Virus record (IMG/VR): IMGVR_UViG_3300036766_001779
Location: 1-51,986 of that record
Length of the DNA: 51,986 bases
Direction: 5' to 3' (one strand)
From: a virus
Taxonomy: Duplodnaviria; Caudoviricetes
Made by a program: the position numbers and the translations under genes. Below the pieces are notes generated by a model, which was given only the letters and a program-made list of their open reading frames with translations, ran no database searches and was not told the DNA's origin. Below, one piece after another: positions 36,164 to 46,186 of the stretch; position 1 is the stretch's first letter; every line of letters starts with the position of its first letter.

Positions 36164-39037
36164 TTATTCACTAAACGTATTTCTTGGCAATCCGTGCTTG
36201 AGATAATGTTCACGGCGTTGCTTCAAGTACTCGATGAATGACGGTTTCTTTCGATAGCCGATGTGATTCTTTATGATGGCTCGCTGCTGTACAAGTGTGC
36301 CTGCAATAGCTTTTGCACGGTCTTTGTCTACACCAGCATAATCCGAAATATCCATCACAGTGATGGACTCGTGTTCCAGACATCCTTCAACGAAGTCTAA
36401 TGCCTGCTTTTCCAAGCTATCAAAAAGCTTATTTAACTCTGACGGACGTTTCAATGTCTTACGGTCGAGAACTGTGCGACTAAACGATTCGTACGACAAA
36501 CAAGTCTTTGTGTAGAGCTCGTTAATAAAGTTCACTGCAGCATCAACGTGGCATTTGTCAACAAACACCTTTTCACCACTTTCGATGCAGGAGAATACTC
36601 GCACAGCCACAGCTACTGCAGTGCGAGCAATTTTCACTCGGGCATTTTCTGTCTGCATTAAAGGAATTACAGACGTGTACTTACGAGCCATTGCTTGAGC
36701 TGCTTCAAGAATCGCTATTTTGGCGTCCGATGCGAACAGTATTTGTTCTAGCTTACGGCTCCAGCACCACAGAATTAATTTACGGCACAATTCAGACGTA
36801 TAGGGTGTTTTTTCAGGCTTGCGGAACAGACTGTTGATAACAGAGCTATCCACTTCGTCTGTTGCAACTGCAACTGCGTAATCAAAACGAGCAACGTCTT
36901 CCGTTTTTCCCACGAGTTCAACAATTGCTTCAACGCCTGTTGTGTATGTGTTCATTGGCTGACCGGAACGCGGATTTGCGAGCCAAAGTAAACGAGTGCG
37001 AGCAGTTGTTCGCTCTGTTTGTATCTTTGTTATTTCAGCAATTCCTTCAGAACGAACTCGGCTTAGACGTTCCCAGTCGGACAAAGTCAACGATGAAGCT
37101 TCGTCGACAATCAGCAGTCGTCTGTCATTCAATGGGATTTTTCCCCACGTAATGGCCCATCGTCTGTCGCTGAATTGCTGCATTCCTCCAACGAGCCCAG
37201 CAAACGTCGCATTCTCGCCGCCAACGATTTCACCCAAGTTGTAATAGCGGACGAGTCCCTCTGCTACATATCCTTTGCCTGTACGAGTGTCCCCGAGCAC
37301 AAGTACGTCTAAATAGCCTTTCATCACTCTCTCGCCGTTAAACTTAAAGCTGAGTACGCTGTGAAAAACAAGGTCAATAGCTTGATGCAGCAGAGGACGT
37401 TCAAAAATTCGTGTCGCATTATGAGCGTGGTGCTCGTAAATATCGTCGAGCTTCTTCTGCACTGTTTGGCCTTCTGTGGGTCGAAAAATTTTGAGTTCTT
37501 TTACGACATCGGGCGTAATTTCGAACGCGTCAATGGACGACTGTGTGGGTTCAGCCGATGTAAGTATGTGAGTTGCGAGCTGACTCTTTGGCTCTGGCAC
37601 AGTGAAGCCTTTAAACTCGTACGCTCTGTTCGAAAGAATGCCGTGTCCGATGTGATAGCCCGTTACAGACGAATAAGCCTGAATGACTGCGTGGTCAACT
37701 TCCGGTGTCATTTGAATTCGTTCGACGTTAAAGGATTCTTTCGTCTGAAAGGACACCTTACAAGTTTTTGGAATGCCCGCACGGCCGCGGATTGTTGCTT
37801 TTAGTGCGCTGTCGTTGCAGTTGATAAACTGCAGCACTTCTTTTGGGTCATCGTCCAGACGATAGTCCATTTCATAGTTTTTTGCAGCTAATGGGCAATG
37901 CAAACAAGTTTCAAGGCCTCTGTCGTCTTTGCAGCATATATGAACAAGACTCGGCGGTAGAAACGGTGCCAAGTCCTTGCCAGATACGAGACATTTCATT
38001 TTAATTTTTTTATTACAAAACACTGCTAACGACGCCTCATTTAACGTTACTTCGTGTTCATAGTCTTTGTCATCCTTCAAGGTCTTTTGAATTTCTGCAT
38101 TATTAAGTTCCACAATTTGTGCTGTATCGATTAGCTGTTGAAAGTCGTTCGCAGTATGCTTATGTACAGCGAAGTAATCTGTCAAGTCACCGCCGATTTC
38201 TTGCAGTGGCAATTTAACAATTTTAATTTGCTGTGCAATTCCACTTAGTAATGCAGCCCTTTTACGAGCACATTTCTGTCCTGCGTCTGTGTAATCATTT
38301 ACATCGAAACAGATTATCACGTCGTGATTTCGCAGCAGTTCATTCCACTCGTTATTCCACGAGCCAACTCCTGCAGTGGATGTTAATGCAGGAAATCCCA
38401 TCTGTGCTGTAACAATGGCGTCCATTTCACCTTCGCAGAGCACAATTTGGCGACTCAACAAATTCTCAACGGGAAAAAGCCGTTTTGAGCCGTAACCCTT
38501 CTCGTATGGCAGCATTTTTACTGCTTGTGTTTTTGTCCAGTCGTAACGGCGTATATTTACGCACAAATCGAATTCATCATAAATTGGAATTGTAATACGT
38601 TTGTTGTCAAAACCAAGTTCGAATCGCTCCACACTCTGTTTGTTGATACCACGTGCTGTTTTGAGCCAATTTAGCACTTTGGGTGAATGCAGCAAATTAG
38701 CGTGAAAGCCCTCAACGACGGATGCAGATATTGTTTTTGTTACGAAATTCGAGTAAATATCCAGCATTGAATTAACAAATGACAGCTTTTTATACTTCTC
38801 GTTGAACTGAATTACTGTTGTGCCTGAAACACCGCAGTGGCCTGAGTGACAATAAAATTCGCCATTCTTTGAAATTGACATTGACTTGTGAGCAGAGCCT
38901 TCATCGTCATGGAACGGACACCAAACATTTGTTTCTCCGTGCGGATTATGTATGTAACTATCCCCGAAAATTTCCCTGTAGTAGTCTGCAGGCTTCACAT
39001 TTTCGAGAATCATTTGTTTCAATTTCACTGTATTCAT
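36164..39037 (-). CDS. Primase-helicase fusion: CHC2 Zn finger + TOPRIM + MCM-like AAA+ helicase
   Basis: CPFHDD...CHSGHC; LCEGEMD, CFD, DLTD; VLGDTRTGKG, ATFAGLVGG, LIVDEA, ARTRLLWLANP, ARFD. Confidence 0.85.
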   Translation of the reverse strand: MNTVKLKQMILENVKPADYYREIFGDSYIHNPHGETNVWCPFHDDEGSAHKSMSISKNGEFYCHSGHCGVSGTTVIQFNEKYKKLSFVNSMLDIYSNFVTKTISASVVEGFHANLLHSPKVLNWLKTARGINKQSVERFELGFDNKRITIPIYDEFDLCVNIRRYDWTKTQAVKMLPYEKGYGSKRLFPVENLLSRQIVLCEGEMDAIVTAQMGFPALTSTAGVGSWNNEWNELLRNHDVIICFDVNDYTDAGQKCARKRAALLSGIAQQIKIVKLPLQEIGGDLTDYFAVHKHTANDFQQLIDTAQIVELNNAEIQKTLKDDKDYEHEVTLNEASLAVFCNKKIKMKCLVSGKDLAPFLPPSLVHICCKDDRGLETCLHCPLAAKNYEMDYRLDDDPKEVLQFINCNDSALKATIRGRAGIPKTCKVSFQTKESFNVERIQMTPEVDHAVIQAYSSVTGYHIGHGILSNRAYEFKGFTVPEPKSQLATHILTSAEPTQSSIDAFEITPDVVKELKIFRPTEGQTVQKKLDDIYEHHAHNATRIFERPLLHQAIDLVFHSVLSFKFNGERVMKGYLDVLVLGDTRTGKGYVAEGLVRYYNLGEIVGGENATFAGLVGGMQQFSDRRWAITWGKIPLNDRRLLIVDEASSLTLSDWERLSRVRSEGIAEITKIQTERTTARTRLLWLANPRSGQPMNTYTTGVEAIVELVGKTEDVARFDYAVAVATDEVDSSVINSLFRKPEKTPYTSELCRKLILWCWSRKLEQILFASDAKIAILEAAQAMARKYTSVIPLMQTENARVKIARTAVAVAVRVFSCIESGEKVFVDKCHVDAAVNFINELYTKTCLSYESFSRTVLDRKTLKRPSELNKLFDSLEKQALDFVEGCLEHESITVMDISDYAGVDKDRAKAIAGTLVQQRAIIKNHIGYRKKPSFIEYLKQRREHYLKHGLPRNTFSE

Positions 39038-39054
39038 GTGAGGAGCCTTTGTGC

Positions 39055-39100
39055 GACAAACAAAGAGGGCCGACTCGGTGCGCTGCCGAGCCGACCCTAC
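39055..39100 (-). terminator. Probable terminator/stability hairpin after ssb
   Basis: - strand agggtcggctcgg-loop-ccgagtcggccct then ctttgtttgt. Confidence 0.6.
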
Positions 39101-39111
39101 TGAACGAGCGA

Positions 39112-40221
39112 TTACTTCTTTTTAGAAACGGTCTTTTTTGCAATCTTTTTGGCCGGCTTCTTTTCCTCCTCTTCTTCGAGTTCCTCTTCTTCGCCGTTCT
39201 CTTCTTCGTCCTGTTTTTTGGACAGCTTGATGTCGTCACGCTCAACTTCCCATTCTTCATCGTCGACGAGAACAGTGATACTCTCGCCGATGGACACAAC
39301 GGCTCCTACGAGCTCGTTTTTCTTGTCGTCCTTGAACGTGACATTTTTGCCGAGCAGGTCCGTTTCTTTGGACAGGCCCATCTTTTCCCAGTAGGGTTTG
39401 CCTTTTACGGCTCCCTTTTTGGTGGGCTTGACTTCCTCTTCATCTTCGTCTTCGGGCTCTTCTTCCTCAGCGTCTTCCTCCTTATCATCGTCGTCGGAAG
39501 ACTCATCAGATACCTTTTTCGCGACCTTTTTGGCCGGTTTGGCATCTTCGTCTTCTTCGTCCTCCTCCTCTTCGACGATGGTGATTTCCGACGCATCAAC
39601 TTCCCAGCGGTCGCCGGCGACGTCCTTGATGGTAAGAACGCCATCAAGCTGTTTGATCACTTTGCCCTGAATGGATTTTTTGCCATCCTTGAAAGACACG
39701 AGAACTCCGCGTAAGTCGAGTTCCTCTTCGTCCTTTTTACGCTTTGTCGGAGGCGCTTCTTCTTCGTCGTCCGCACTGCCTTCGCCGGCTTCGTCATCGA
39801 GTAGCTTGTTGACGTACGTGTTCTGATACTTGTTGCCGTCCTTGCCAGTTTTCGTACGAAGATTGAGTTCCGCTTTGATTCCGGTCATTTTGTCGAGCAC
39901 GTCCGGAAGGTCCTCAATTTCGTCCGGAATGTCGACGTCAAGAGTGGCCAGAGTACGTTTTGTGATTTCAACGCCCTGGTCATTCCACAAGCCGAGATTG
40001 ACCCACACACGGCGATTGGCATTGGTTGGCCCGAGCAATTTCCATTGCATGGAAATTTGCAGACGTTTCTCGTCCTTCATTTCGCGCTCTTGAATCGTCG
40101 CTTCAACGAGTTCGCCTGTGTATTTTCCATCAGGGATGTCGTCAAACGTACCAGCTTCCGGCGTATCGACTTCCTTCCACAGTTTTCCAGCTTCCTTTAG
40201 CAGACCCTTGTTCATAGCCAT
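39112..40221 (-). CDS. Single-stranded DNA-binding protein (DUF669-like) with long acidic extension
   Basis: FDDIPDGKY...YQNTYVN OB-fold pattern; D/E-rich linkers; follows the Sak4-like ATPase. Confidence 0.75.
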   Translation of the reverse strand: MAMNKGLLKEAGKLWKEVDTPEAGTFDDIPDGKYTGELVEATIQEREMKDEKRLQISMQWKLLGPTNANRRVWVNLGLWNDQGVEITKRTLATLDVDIPDEIEDLPDVLDKMTGIKAELNLRTKTGKDGNKYQNTYVNKLLDDEAGEGSADDEEEAPPTKRKKDEEELDLRGVLVSFKDGKKSIQGKVIKQLDGVLTIKDVAGDRWEVDASEITIVEEEEDEEDEDAKPAKKVAKKVSDESSDDDDKEEDAEEEEPEDEDEEEVKPTKKGAVKGKPYWEKMGLSKETDLLGKNVTFKDDKKNELVGAVVSIGESITVLVDDEEWEVERDDIKLSKKQDEEENGEEEELEEEEEKKPAKKIAKKTVSKKK

Positions 40222-40259
40222 TGCAGTACTCCTTTTCGTTGCAATTGCCCTTAAAGTGA

Positions 40260-41042
40260 TTACTTCGACAACTTGTGAACTTTGTGAACCTTGTGAACCT
40301 TTCGAGACGTAAATCCTTCGAGACGGCCTTTATCTCCTTGCAGTGGGCCGTCACCTTTTCCGAATGCCTCCTTCACTTTGCTGTAGTTGAGAGGCAGATA
40401 TCCGGGCTCAATTGGGAACACCCCACCACGGTCTTTTGCCTCCAGTTCCAACTCGGGCCTGTATCTGAGAATGCGCCGTTGTGGGCTTTCAGGGTCAAAA
40501 TCGCAAAAGCCAATCACGTCGACTTCTGCACAGACAACCCTCCAGCAGGACGCACTCATACTCGGGATAGTTTTTTCGTACGTGATTCCACGTGCTTTTA
40601 CTTCCCGTTGTTTGTAGTGGCAGATGAGCACTTTGCCGGCCGGAAGATGCAGCAATTTCAGCAAGCCCGAGTGAAACTCTTGATTGAGTGCATCCCAGCC
40701 CTTGCCGTGCGATTCGTCGGAAACGTGGTCAACGCCTTTTTTCTTGCTGACATATTCCAAGCACATTTTGTACAGCAAGTCGATTGTATCAATCACAATC
40801 GTTTTGTATTTCAAAGGTTTCATTGCGACCAGCTCCGTCACAACTTTTAGATATGTTTCCCAGTTCGGAATATCGCAGCGATAAATTTTCAAATGGCGCT
40901 GGGACGTTTCCGTGCAGAGAAACAACACATCGGGAAAGTTGGATGCAAAAGTGCTTTTGCCAATTCCCGGCTGCCCGTAAATCAGCCAAGAACAAGTCTC
41001 CATTTGCATCACACCATCAGTTTGTTTCGACGGTAAAAGCAT
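40260..41042 (-). CDS. AAA_24/Sak4-like ATPase
   Basis: LIYGQPGIGKST, TIVIDT, GKGW, LICH, AKDR. Confidence 0.85.
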   Translation of the reverse strand: MLLPSKQTDGVMQMETCSWLIYGQPGIGKSTFASNFPDVLFLCTETSQRHLKIYRCDIPNWETYLKVVTELVAMKPLKYKTIVIDTIDLLYKMCLEYVSKKKGVDHVSDESHGKGWDALNQEFHSGLLKLLHLPAGKVLICHYKQREVKARGITYEKTIPSMSASCWRVVCAEVDVIGFCDFDPESPQRRILRYRPELELEAKDRGGVFPIEPGYLPLNYSKVKEAFGKGDGPLQGDKGRLEGFTSRKVHKVHKVHKLSK

Positions 41043-41054
41043 GACAGACTCCTC

Positions 41055-41975
41055 TTATACGAGTTCGGGATGGCGTTCTTTTCTCACATGAAAGTTCGCC
41101 ATAGTTGTCGGTGTTTGGCCGTGCGCACAGAATGAAAGAAATGGACAGCCCATGTAACCAGTGCATTCTTTGTCATTCTGAATCCACAGACTAGCCTTTC
41201 TGCACACGTTTATTTGGTCTGCAACAGCTCTATAAATCACAGGCACGAGTTTGACGTCTGCTGCACGTTTGTAAAGAACTGTTGTGTAGAGATACTTTGT
41301 GGCCTCTTGCTCAATTTTCTGCTCCATTTCGAGATTGAAGGCCGCAAGGGATTGCTTTTGTTTCTGGCGTATGCCGGGCTTTCCGAGTACGTTGTAGAGA
41401 CTGCCAGCAATTTTTTGTCCTGTGATTTCCTCCATTGCGTAAATGTAATCGGTTGTTTGCCAATCGACATAAAGGCGTTCAATGTAGTCAGGTCCAATGT
41501 TACTTGCAGATTTGTGCTCGAGAAGCCATAGTTTTTTGTCTTTTTTTGTGCAAAGACCGTCACATTTTCCGAGCATAGTTAGTGTGTTGTCAATTTCGAG
41601 TTCAAACTGCAGTTCAACTGCAGGCTCCTTATCGTATGTCCAAATTTTGATATTTTTGAGCAGACCACGATGGTCATTCCAAGCATTAATCAGTCCGACT
41701 ATAACGACTGAATCCTTCTCGAATGAATCAAGGTCTTCGCCGATGAGCTGTATGCGAGATTTTTTGATGTGCTTATCGATACTGTTCTGAACTTCTTCAA
41801 GCGGCTGTCCTCCAAGCAGCATTGCAAGTGCTTGATGGATTATGTTGCCAATTACGAGCGAACTTCCAGTGCTGTTGGGTGTCAGCTGGCATTCATAGCC
41901 GTAGTAATATTTGCGTTGACATGTAAGGAAGTCTCTTTTTGCGGAATACGTCAGCGTTAATTTCTTCGAATTCAC
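41055..41975 (-). CDS. PD-(D/E)XK exonuclease (RecB/Cas4-like)
   Basis: TYS...CQRKY, GNIIH, GKCD...EHKS, Q...Y, C-terminal C...CPF...C. Confidence 0.85.
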   Translation of the reverse strand: MNSKKLTLTYSAKRDFLTCQRKYYYGYECQLTPNSTGSSLVIGNIIHQALAMLLGGQPLEEVQNSIDKHIKKSRIQLIGEDLDSFEKDSVVIVGLINAWNDHRGLLKNIKIWTYDKEPAVELQFELEIDNTLTMLGKCDGLCTKKDKKLWLLEHKSASNIGPDYIERLYVDWQTTDYIYAMEEITGQKIAGSLYNVLGKPGIRQKQKQSLAAFNLEMEQKIEQEATKYLYTTVLYKRAADVKLVPVIYRAVADQINVCRKASLWIQNDKECTGYMGCPFLSFCAHGQTPTTMANFHVRKERHPELV

Positions 41976-42021
41976 GACAGTGCTCCTCTCGCTGCAGAGG
42001 TGACGGCCTCTGTTTACGCAG

Positions 42022-42243
42022 CTAAATTTTAACGAGAATGTTCACTTTGACTTCACGACTTTTTGGAAGATTCTCCTCAAGAATCGGAAGTGACTTGGCG
42101 ATGACAGCGTCCACAATCGACGATACGGACACGTTCGACGCAACTGCGAGAGATTTCAGTCGACTTATCGTTTCCCTGTCCTTGAAGTATATGGACACAC
42201 AATCACGCTCGCTCATTTTTTTATCGTCTTGAACTGAACTCAT
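42022..42243 (-). CDS. Small ribbon-helix-helix-like regulator
   Basis: VSIYF...LKSLA...VSVSSIV pattern; AAGGAGG RBS. Confidence 0.55.
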   Translation of the reverse strand: MSSVQDDKKMSERDCVSIYFKDRETISRLKSLAVASNVSVSSIVDAVIAKSLPILEENLPKSREVKVNILVKI

Positions 42244-42266
42244 TTTCGTTTCCTCCTTGTTAATTT

Positions 42267-43637
42267 TTAACTGCATTTAAGATCATCGTCTATGCCACAG
42301 AAAACTTTTTTGATGACTTTTTTAGTCATCAATGAATTTCCTAAATATCGCTTTTGAAATGTCTCATCAATTGTCCACTCGTCAACTGTTCCGCGGCAGT
42401 AAATGTCGAAGTAAAGGATGTCTTCGTGAATTTCCGAGCCAATACGATGTGAACGTGCTTCAGATTGGCTTCGCTTCAGCACAGACCATCCTCTACTGTA
42501 GTATATCACTGCAGAAGCTCGAGTGAGATTAATCATCTTCGAGCCGCTGCTGAGTGGAGCAACAAGAACTTCCACTTTGCCAGCTTGGAAGTCCTGCACT
42601 GATTTCGTGATATTCTCGCTCATAAGCCGACATTTATAGCCGTTTTTCACACACATCGCATATATCTGCTGCAGTTCGAAATGATAGTTAGCCCAAACTA
42701 CCGTTTGGCGCTTTCCAGCAAATTTACGCAGCAGAATCTTGAGTGCGGACAGTTTTGCTGAATGAAACTTAATGGCGTATCGGTCAAGAATGGAGGAGCC
42801 TTTCATATAGAATCCGCCGCCACAAATTTGCAGCAGCTTATTCAACTGTGCTACGATAAAACGTGTCTCATAGAACTGGTCCTCAATCTGCACCATAAAA
42901 TTCTCGAGCAGACTGTTATAGAAAATTTTTTGTTTGTGGCTGAGATTGACAGGTACGAGCTTGAATTTCTGCGGTGGAAGATGCAGCACCTCTTCTTTTG
43001 TCACTCTAAAGGATACACGTTCAATAATTCTTCGCAGCAGCTCTTTGGAGCCGGATTTCAGCTGCCATTCAAAGCCCGACTGAAAAAAATACTTGCTGCG
43101 AAATTTCATGAATGTGGAGCCGAACGTCTCTCCATCATCTAACCATTTAAACTGTCCCCATACGTCATACAGTGAATTTGTGAAGGGTGTTCCTGTAGCA
43201 ATCATACGATTAAACGTATCTCGTGTCCATCTGTAAAGAGCGCGTGCACGTTTAGAGCGAAAGTCCTTTATCGCAGTGGACTCGTCAACAATGATTGTTT
43301 CGAATCCTTTCTCCCACAGTTGACGGCCTATAGTGCGATAGATTTCGTAATTGCCTATATAAATTGCTGCAGGCTCTTGCAGCAACTTGAGCTTTTGAAC
43401 TTTTGTGCCCAGCAACTCCACAGCGGTCAAGTCAGTGTTTTGACGTATTTCAGCAGCGAGAAGTGAGATGTAGGATTTATCGATGAGGACGAGATTTGGC
43501 TGTGTACGCAAATGTTCTATCCACGAACAGTACATATAGGTTTTGCCTGTGCCCTGCTCTGCAAAAAGCGGAATCCTTGAGCGGGTCCTGGCCCACTCAA
43601 GGAAATCCACTTGCTGTGACTGCGGAATTCGCAGCAT
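42267..43637 (-). CDS. SNF2-family helicase
   Basis: EQGTGKT, IIVDES, ATGTP, INLTRA, QSEARSHRIG. Confidence 0.9.
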   Translation of the reverse strand: MLRIPQSQQVDFLEWARTRSRIPLFAEQGTGKTYMYCSWIEHLRTQPNLVLIDKSYISLLAAEIRQNTDLTAVELLGTKVQKLKLLQEPAAIYIGNYEIYRTIGRQLWEKGFETIIVDESTAIKDFRSKRARALYRWTRDTFNRMIATGTPFTNSLYDVWGQFKWLDDGETFGSTFMKFRSKYFFQSGFEWQLKSGSKELLRRIIERVSFRVTKEEVLHLPPQKFKLVPVNLSHKQKIFYNSLLENFMVQIEDQFYETRFIVAQLNKLLQICGGGFYMKGSSILDRYAIKFHSAKLSALKILLRKFAGKRQTVVWANYHFELQQIYAMCVKNGYKCRLMSENITKSVQDFQAGKVEVLVAPLSSGSKMINLTRASAVIYYSRGWSVLKRSQSEARSHRIGSEIHEDILYFDIYCRGTVDEWTIDETFQKRYLGNSLMTKKVIKKVFCGIDDDLKCS

Positions 43638-43939
43638 TACGATTTCGCCAGATATTTTTCCAGTGCAGCAACGACCAGTGCTGCAAAGGAGTCCGCTTTG
43701 CCGTTTGACACAACCTTTTTGGCCTTCTCGAACAGAGGCATTGCGCCGGAATTGAAGTACACGACGACTCGCACGCCTTTGAGCTCGGACGAAGCTCGTT
43801 TGGTCTTCGCGGACTTTTCTCCTTTTGCAGTCTTCTTGGACTTCTTGGCGGGCTTCGCAGCGACTTCTTCGGTCTCGTCCACTTCCGCATCGACATTCTC
43901 TTCTTCACTTTCCACAGCTTTGGACAACTTCTTTGCCAT
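43637..43939 (-). CDS. Small charged protein, possible DNA binder
   Basis: ATG after AAGGAG; E-rich then K-rich segments; RHH-like C-terminus. Confidence 0.55.
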   Translation of the reverse strand: MAKKLSKAVESEEENVDAEVDETEEVAAKPAKKSKKTAKGEKSAKTKRASSELKGVRVVVYFNSGAMPLFEKAKKVVSNGKADSFAALVVAALEKYLAKS

Positions 43940-44056
43940 CGCAGTACTCCTTAAAAAGATGGTTTCAATTTTCACTGCACTCAAACATATTATGTTACAT
44001 TACATCGCACTCGAGCCACAACGTTAAACTGAAATTTTTATCTGACTTTTTTGTGA

Positions 44057-44992
44057 TTACGCAGCCAATCGTTTTTCAACCAGCTCGTAAACCTTGTCCA
44101 TCACGTTCAAACTCCGTCCGAAAAACGTGTCTTCAAGACGGCGCAGCTGGGCTTCGTCACTGCCTTTTTTCTCGCCTTTGACTTTTTTCTCGTGCGTCAA
44201 AAATTCGGACACTGCGTTTGTGAGCGACCACCAACTGCCACGAATAACTGGAGCACTATTCTGCTCGTTCTCCAGCAGCGACAGGACGGCGTTTCTGTCG
44301 GATTCAGCTTTGCCAGTCTTTTCTCCTTCGGGCAACGGGTGCACAATATCCAGAACGGCCGTGACGTCCTTCTTCGAATATTTGGTGCCGGCCATTAGCT
44401 GCATACGTTTGCCTGCAGTGCTGTAGTAATCCCGCAACTTGTTATAAACAGTCGACACTGTGTCCAATTTCTCGACAACGTCGCCACGATGACGGACAGT
44501 GAGCGAATAACCCGCAACGTCTGCTGTGCTGCGAAGTAAGCCCATGACCTGATTCGAACAAAACGGATTGAACGGTATGGCTTTCCACTTGCAGGCTCGT
44601 CCTTCGTGATTTGCAGCAAACAACGTAAATGGCAGGATTCGCTCGTTAGAATGCGGGATTGAGAGCGATTTCACTTGTAATTCCGCAATGAGAAACGCAA
44701 TTCCTCCTCTGTGCATCATTCCGCCCGAGCGAAGTTTCATTGACCCATTTTCTACGAGCGGATTCAATTGACCGAACCATTCCTTGTTATCGATAGCCTG
44801 ATAACGGTCTTTTATTGCAGCAAAAAAACGTTCTTGCCCGTCAATACATCCAAAAAGACCGTTAATGTCTGTACGTTCTTTTGTTTCTTCGTTCAGGAGC
44901 CGACGAGTGACGAGCGAATAATCGAGCTGCAATTCCTGCAGCGCTTCAGTCACAGACGGTGTTTCTTTCGCCCATTTAACGAGTGCTACCAT
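44057..44992 (-). CDS. DUF932/DUF945 phage-plasmid protein
   Basis: RYQAIDN..F, ANHEG, FCSNQ, RHRG, RGSWWSLTNAVSEF. Confidence 0.8.
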   Translation of the reverse strand: MVALVKWAKETPSVTEALQELQLDYSLVTRRLLNEETKERTDINGLFGCIDGQERFFAAIKDRYQAIDNKEWFGQLNPLVENGSMKLRSGGMMHRGGIAFLIAELQVKSLSIPHSNERILPFTLFAANHEGRACKWKAIPFNPFCSNQVMGLLRSTADVAGYSLTVRHRGDVVEKLDTVSTVYNKLRDYYSTAGKRMQLMAGTKYSKKDVTAVLDIVHPLPEGEKTGKAESDRNAVLSLLENEQNSAPVIRGSWWSLTNAVSEFLTHEKKVKGEKKGSDEAQLRRLEDTFFGRSLNVMDKVYELVEKRLAA

Positions 44993-45521
44993 GACACTTC
45001 TCCTTTGTCCAAGTATGCCCTTTAACGACTGACTGATTGACAAGTTTCTTCGAGCTGAAACGCAGTATTTCAATCTTGTGAATAATGTTCCAGACGACAT
45101 CCGGGTTTTCCCAGTTATAACGGCTCATTATCCCGCCAAGATAACTCATCGGCAAACCGAAATCCATATATCCTTCTGCAACAATCCAAGCATAGTGTGC
45201 ACTTATGCCAAAACTCGCACGGACGTTCCGTTTCGGTATGAAATAAGTCATTGCAGTACGGCCGTCCTGAAGATTGAGTCGTGTTTTGTGATAATAGTAC
45301 GGGAATCCTTCATAATAGTCCAGTGCTGCTTCGTCCTTGTCCTCAATTTCCCACAGACCACCCCAGATAAAGGCATCATTGTTGCTGCGAACAATCGTGG
45401 CAGGACCGGAAAAGGCCAGAATAGCGTTGTAGATTTTTGCACGACAAAGCGGCTCTGCAGTTCTGCAGCGTTCTGCCATCTGTGTCAAATTCAGATTGGA
45501 GCCGTATGCGAAGTATAGCAT
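44976..45521 (-). CDS. Gamma-glutamylcyclotransferase-like protein
   Basis: LYFAYGSNL...QM..RC...A.IV...LDYYEG.P. Confidence 0.85.
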   Translation of the reverse strand: MLYFAYGSNLNLTQMAERCRTAEPLCRAKIYNAILAFSGPATIVRSNNDAFIWGGLWEIEDKDEAALDYYEGFPYYYHKTRLNLQDGRTAMTYFIPKRNVRASFGISAHYAWIVAEGYMDFGLPMSYLGGIMSRYNWENPDVVWNIIHKIEILRFSSKKLVNQSVVKGHTWTKEKCHGSTR

Positions 45522-45534
45522 TGAAATTCTCCAA

Positions 45535-45563
45535 AGAAAAAAGAAGGGGCAAAATGCCCCTTC
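45535..45563 (-). terminator. Rho-independent terminator
   Basis: gaaggggc-atttt-gccccttc then ttttttcttt on the - strand. Confidence 0.75.
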
Positions 45564-45586
45564 CGTGCTATCCGCTTCTGATTGTT

Positions 45587-45784
45587 CTACGCTTCTGCCG
45601 GCTTGTAAATATTCAGACCGAGCTTGAATCCGCCTTCCAGCGTCACATTGCCGCAGGTGCTGGCAACTTGAAGATTTTTGCCTGAACCTGTCTTGCCAAA
45701 CGACTTCGTGGAATCGACGGTAATGATAATTTTGCCGCCCTTTTGCTCCACACTCACATTGTTGCCTACAGTGACTACTGCCAT
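45587..45784 (-). CDS. Conserved small beta-rich protein
   Basis: FGKTGSGKNLQVASTCGN...KLGLNIYK family motif; AAGGAG RBS. Confidence 0.7.
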   Translation of the reverse strand: MAVVTVGNNVSVEQKGGKIIITVDSTKSFGKTGSGKNLQVASTCGNVTLEGGFKLGLNIYKPAEA

Positions 45785-45845
45785 GACTTATTCTCCTTTC
45801 GCTAACGGTTTTGGCCAGATTCATCTGACCATTTCAACTTCGTTT

Positions 45846-45873
45846 ACATTACACTGCACTTTTTCATTGTCAA
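45846..45873 (-). promoter_or_regulatory. Sigma70-like promoter
   Basis: TTGACA-16 nt-TAATGT upstream of ORF 45784. Confidence 0.5.
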
Positions 45874-45956
45874 CGGTGAAAACAAAATTATTTGTTTTCT
45901 CGAGCGAAAAAAATTAGTACATCGATGGGAAGTCCACAGAAACGCCTTCTGCTGAA

Positions 45957-46181
45957 TCACATGCGTCGATGAATTCGTCGAGCGAACAGTTCTTCCGCAG
46001 TGGATTTCGCGCCTGAAACTTCCGATTGTGCCTCACTGAAACGGTCAGCCCGACTGGTGGCCGGCTTCACACGGACAACAGAAACTTCGGCTTCCGGATA
46101 TTTCGCCTTGATGGCGTCCGTGACCAGTTTTTTGATGACGTTCACTTTGGCTTTGTGCTGTTGTACGTTCACTTGAATCAT
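45957..46181 (-). CDS. Hypothetical protein
   Basis: ATG after AGGGAG. Confidence 0.55.
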   Translation of the reverse strand: MIQVNVQQHKAKVNVIKKLVTDAIKAKYPEAEVSVVRVKPATSRADRFSEAQSEVSGAKSTAEELFARRIHRRM

Positions 46182-46186
46182 TGCAG

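Noticed and set aside
38818-39714. 298-aa + strand F/L-rich ORF
   Set aside because: Antisense read-out of the acidic ssb tail, not a real membrane protein.
41055-41975. cas4 as part of a CRISPR-Cas locus
   Set aside because: Its context is the usual exonuclease-Sak4-SSB recombination module, with no other cas genes.
43973-44000. dif-like site (ttatgttacat resembles the XerD arm)
   Set aside because: The XerC arm (cactgcactca) does not fit, and the bases are explained by the promoter-like motif shared with 45844-45860.
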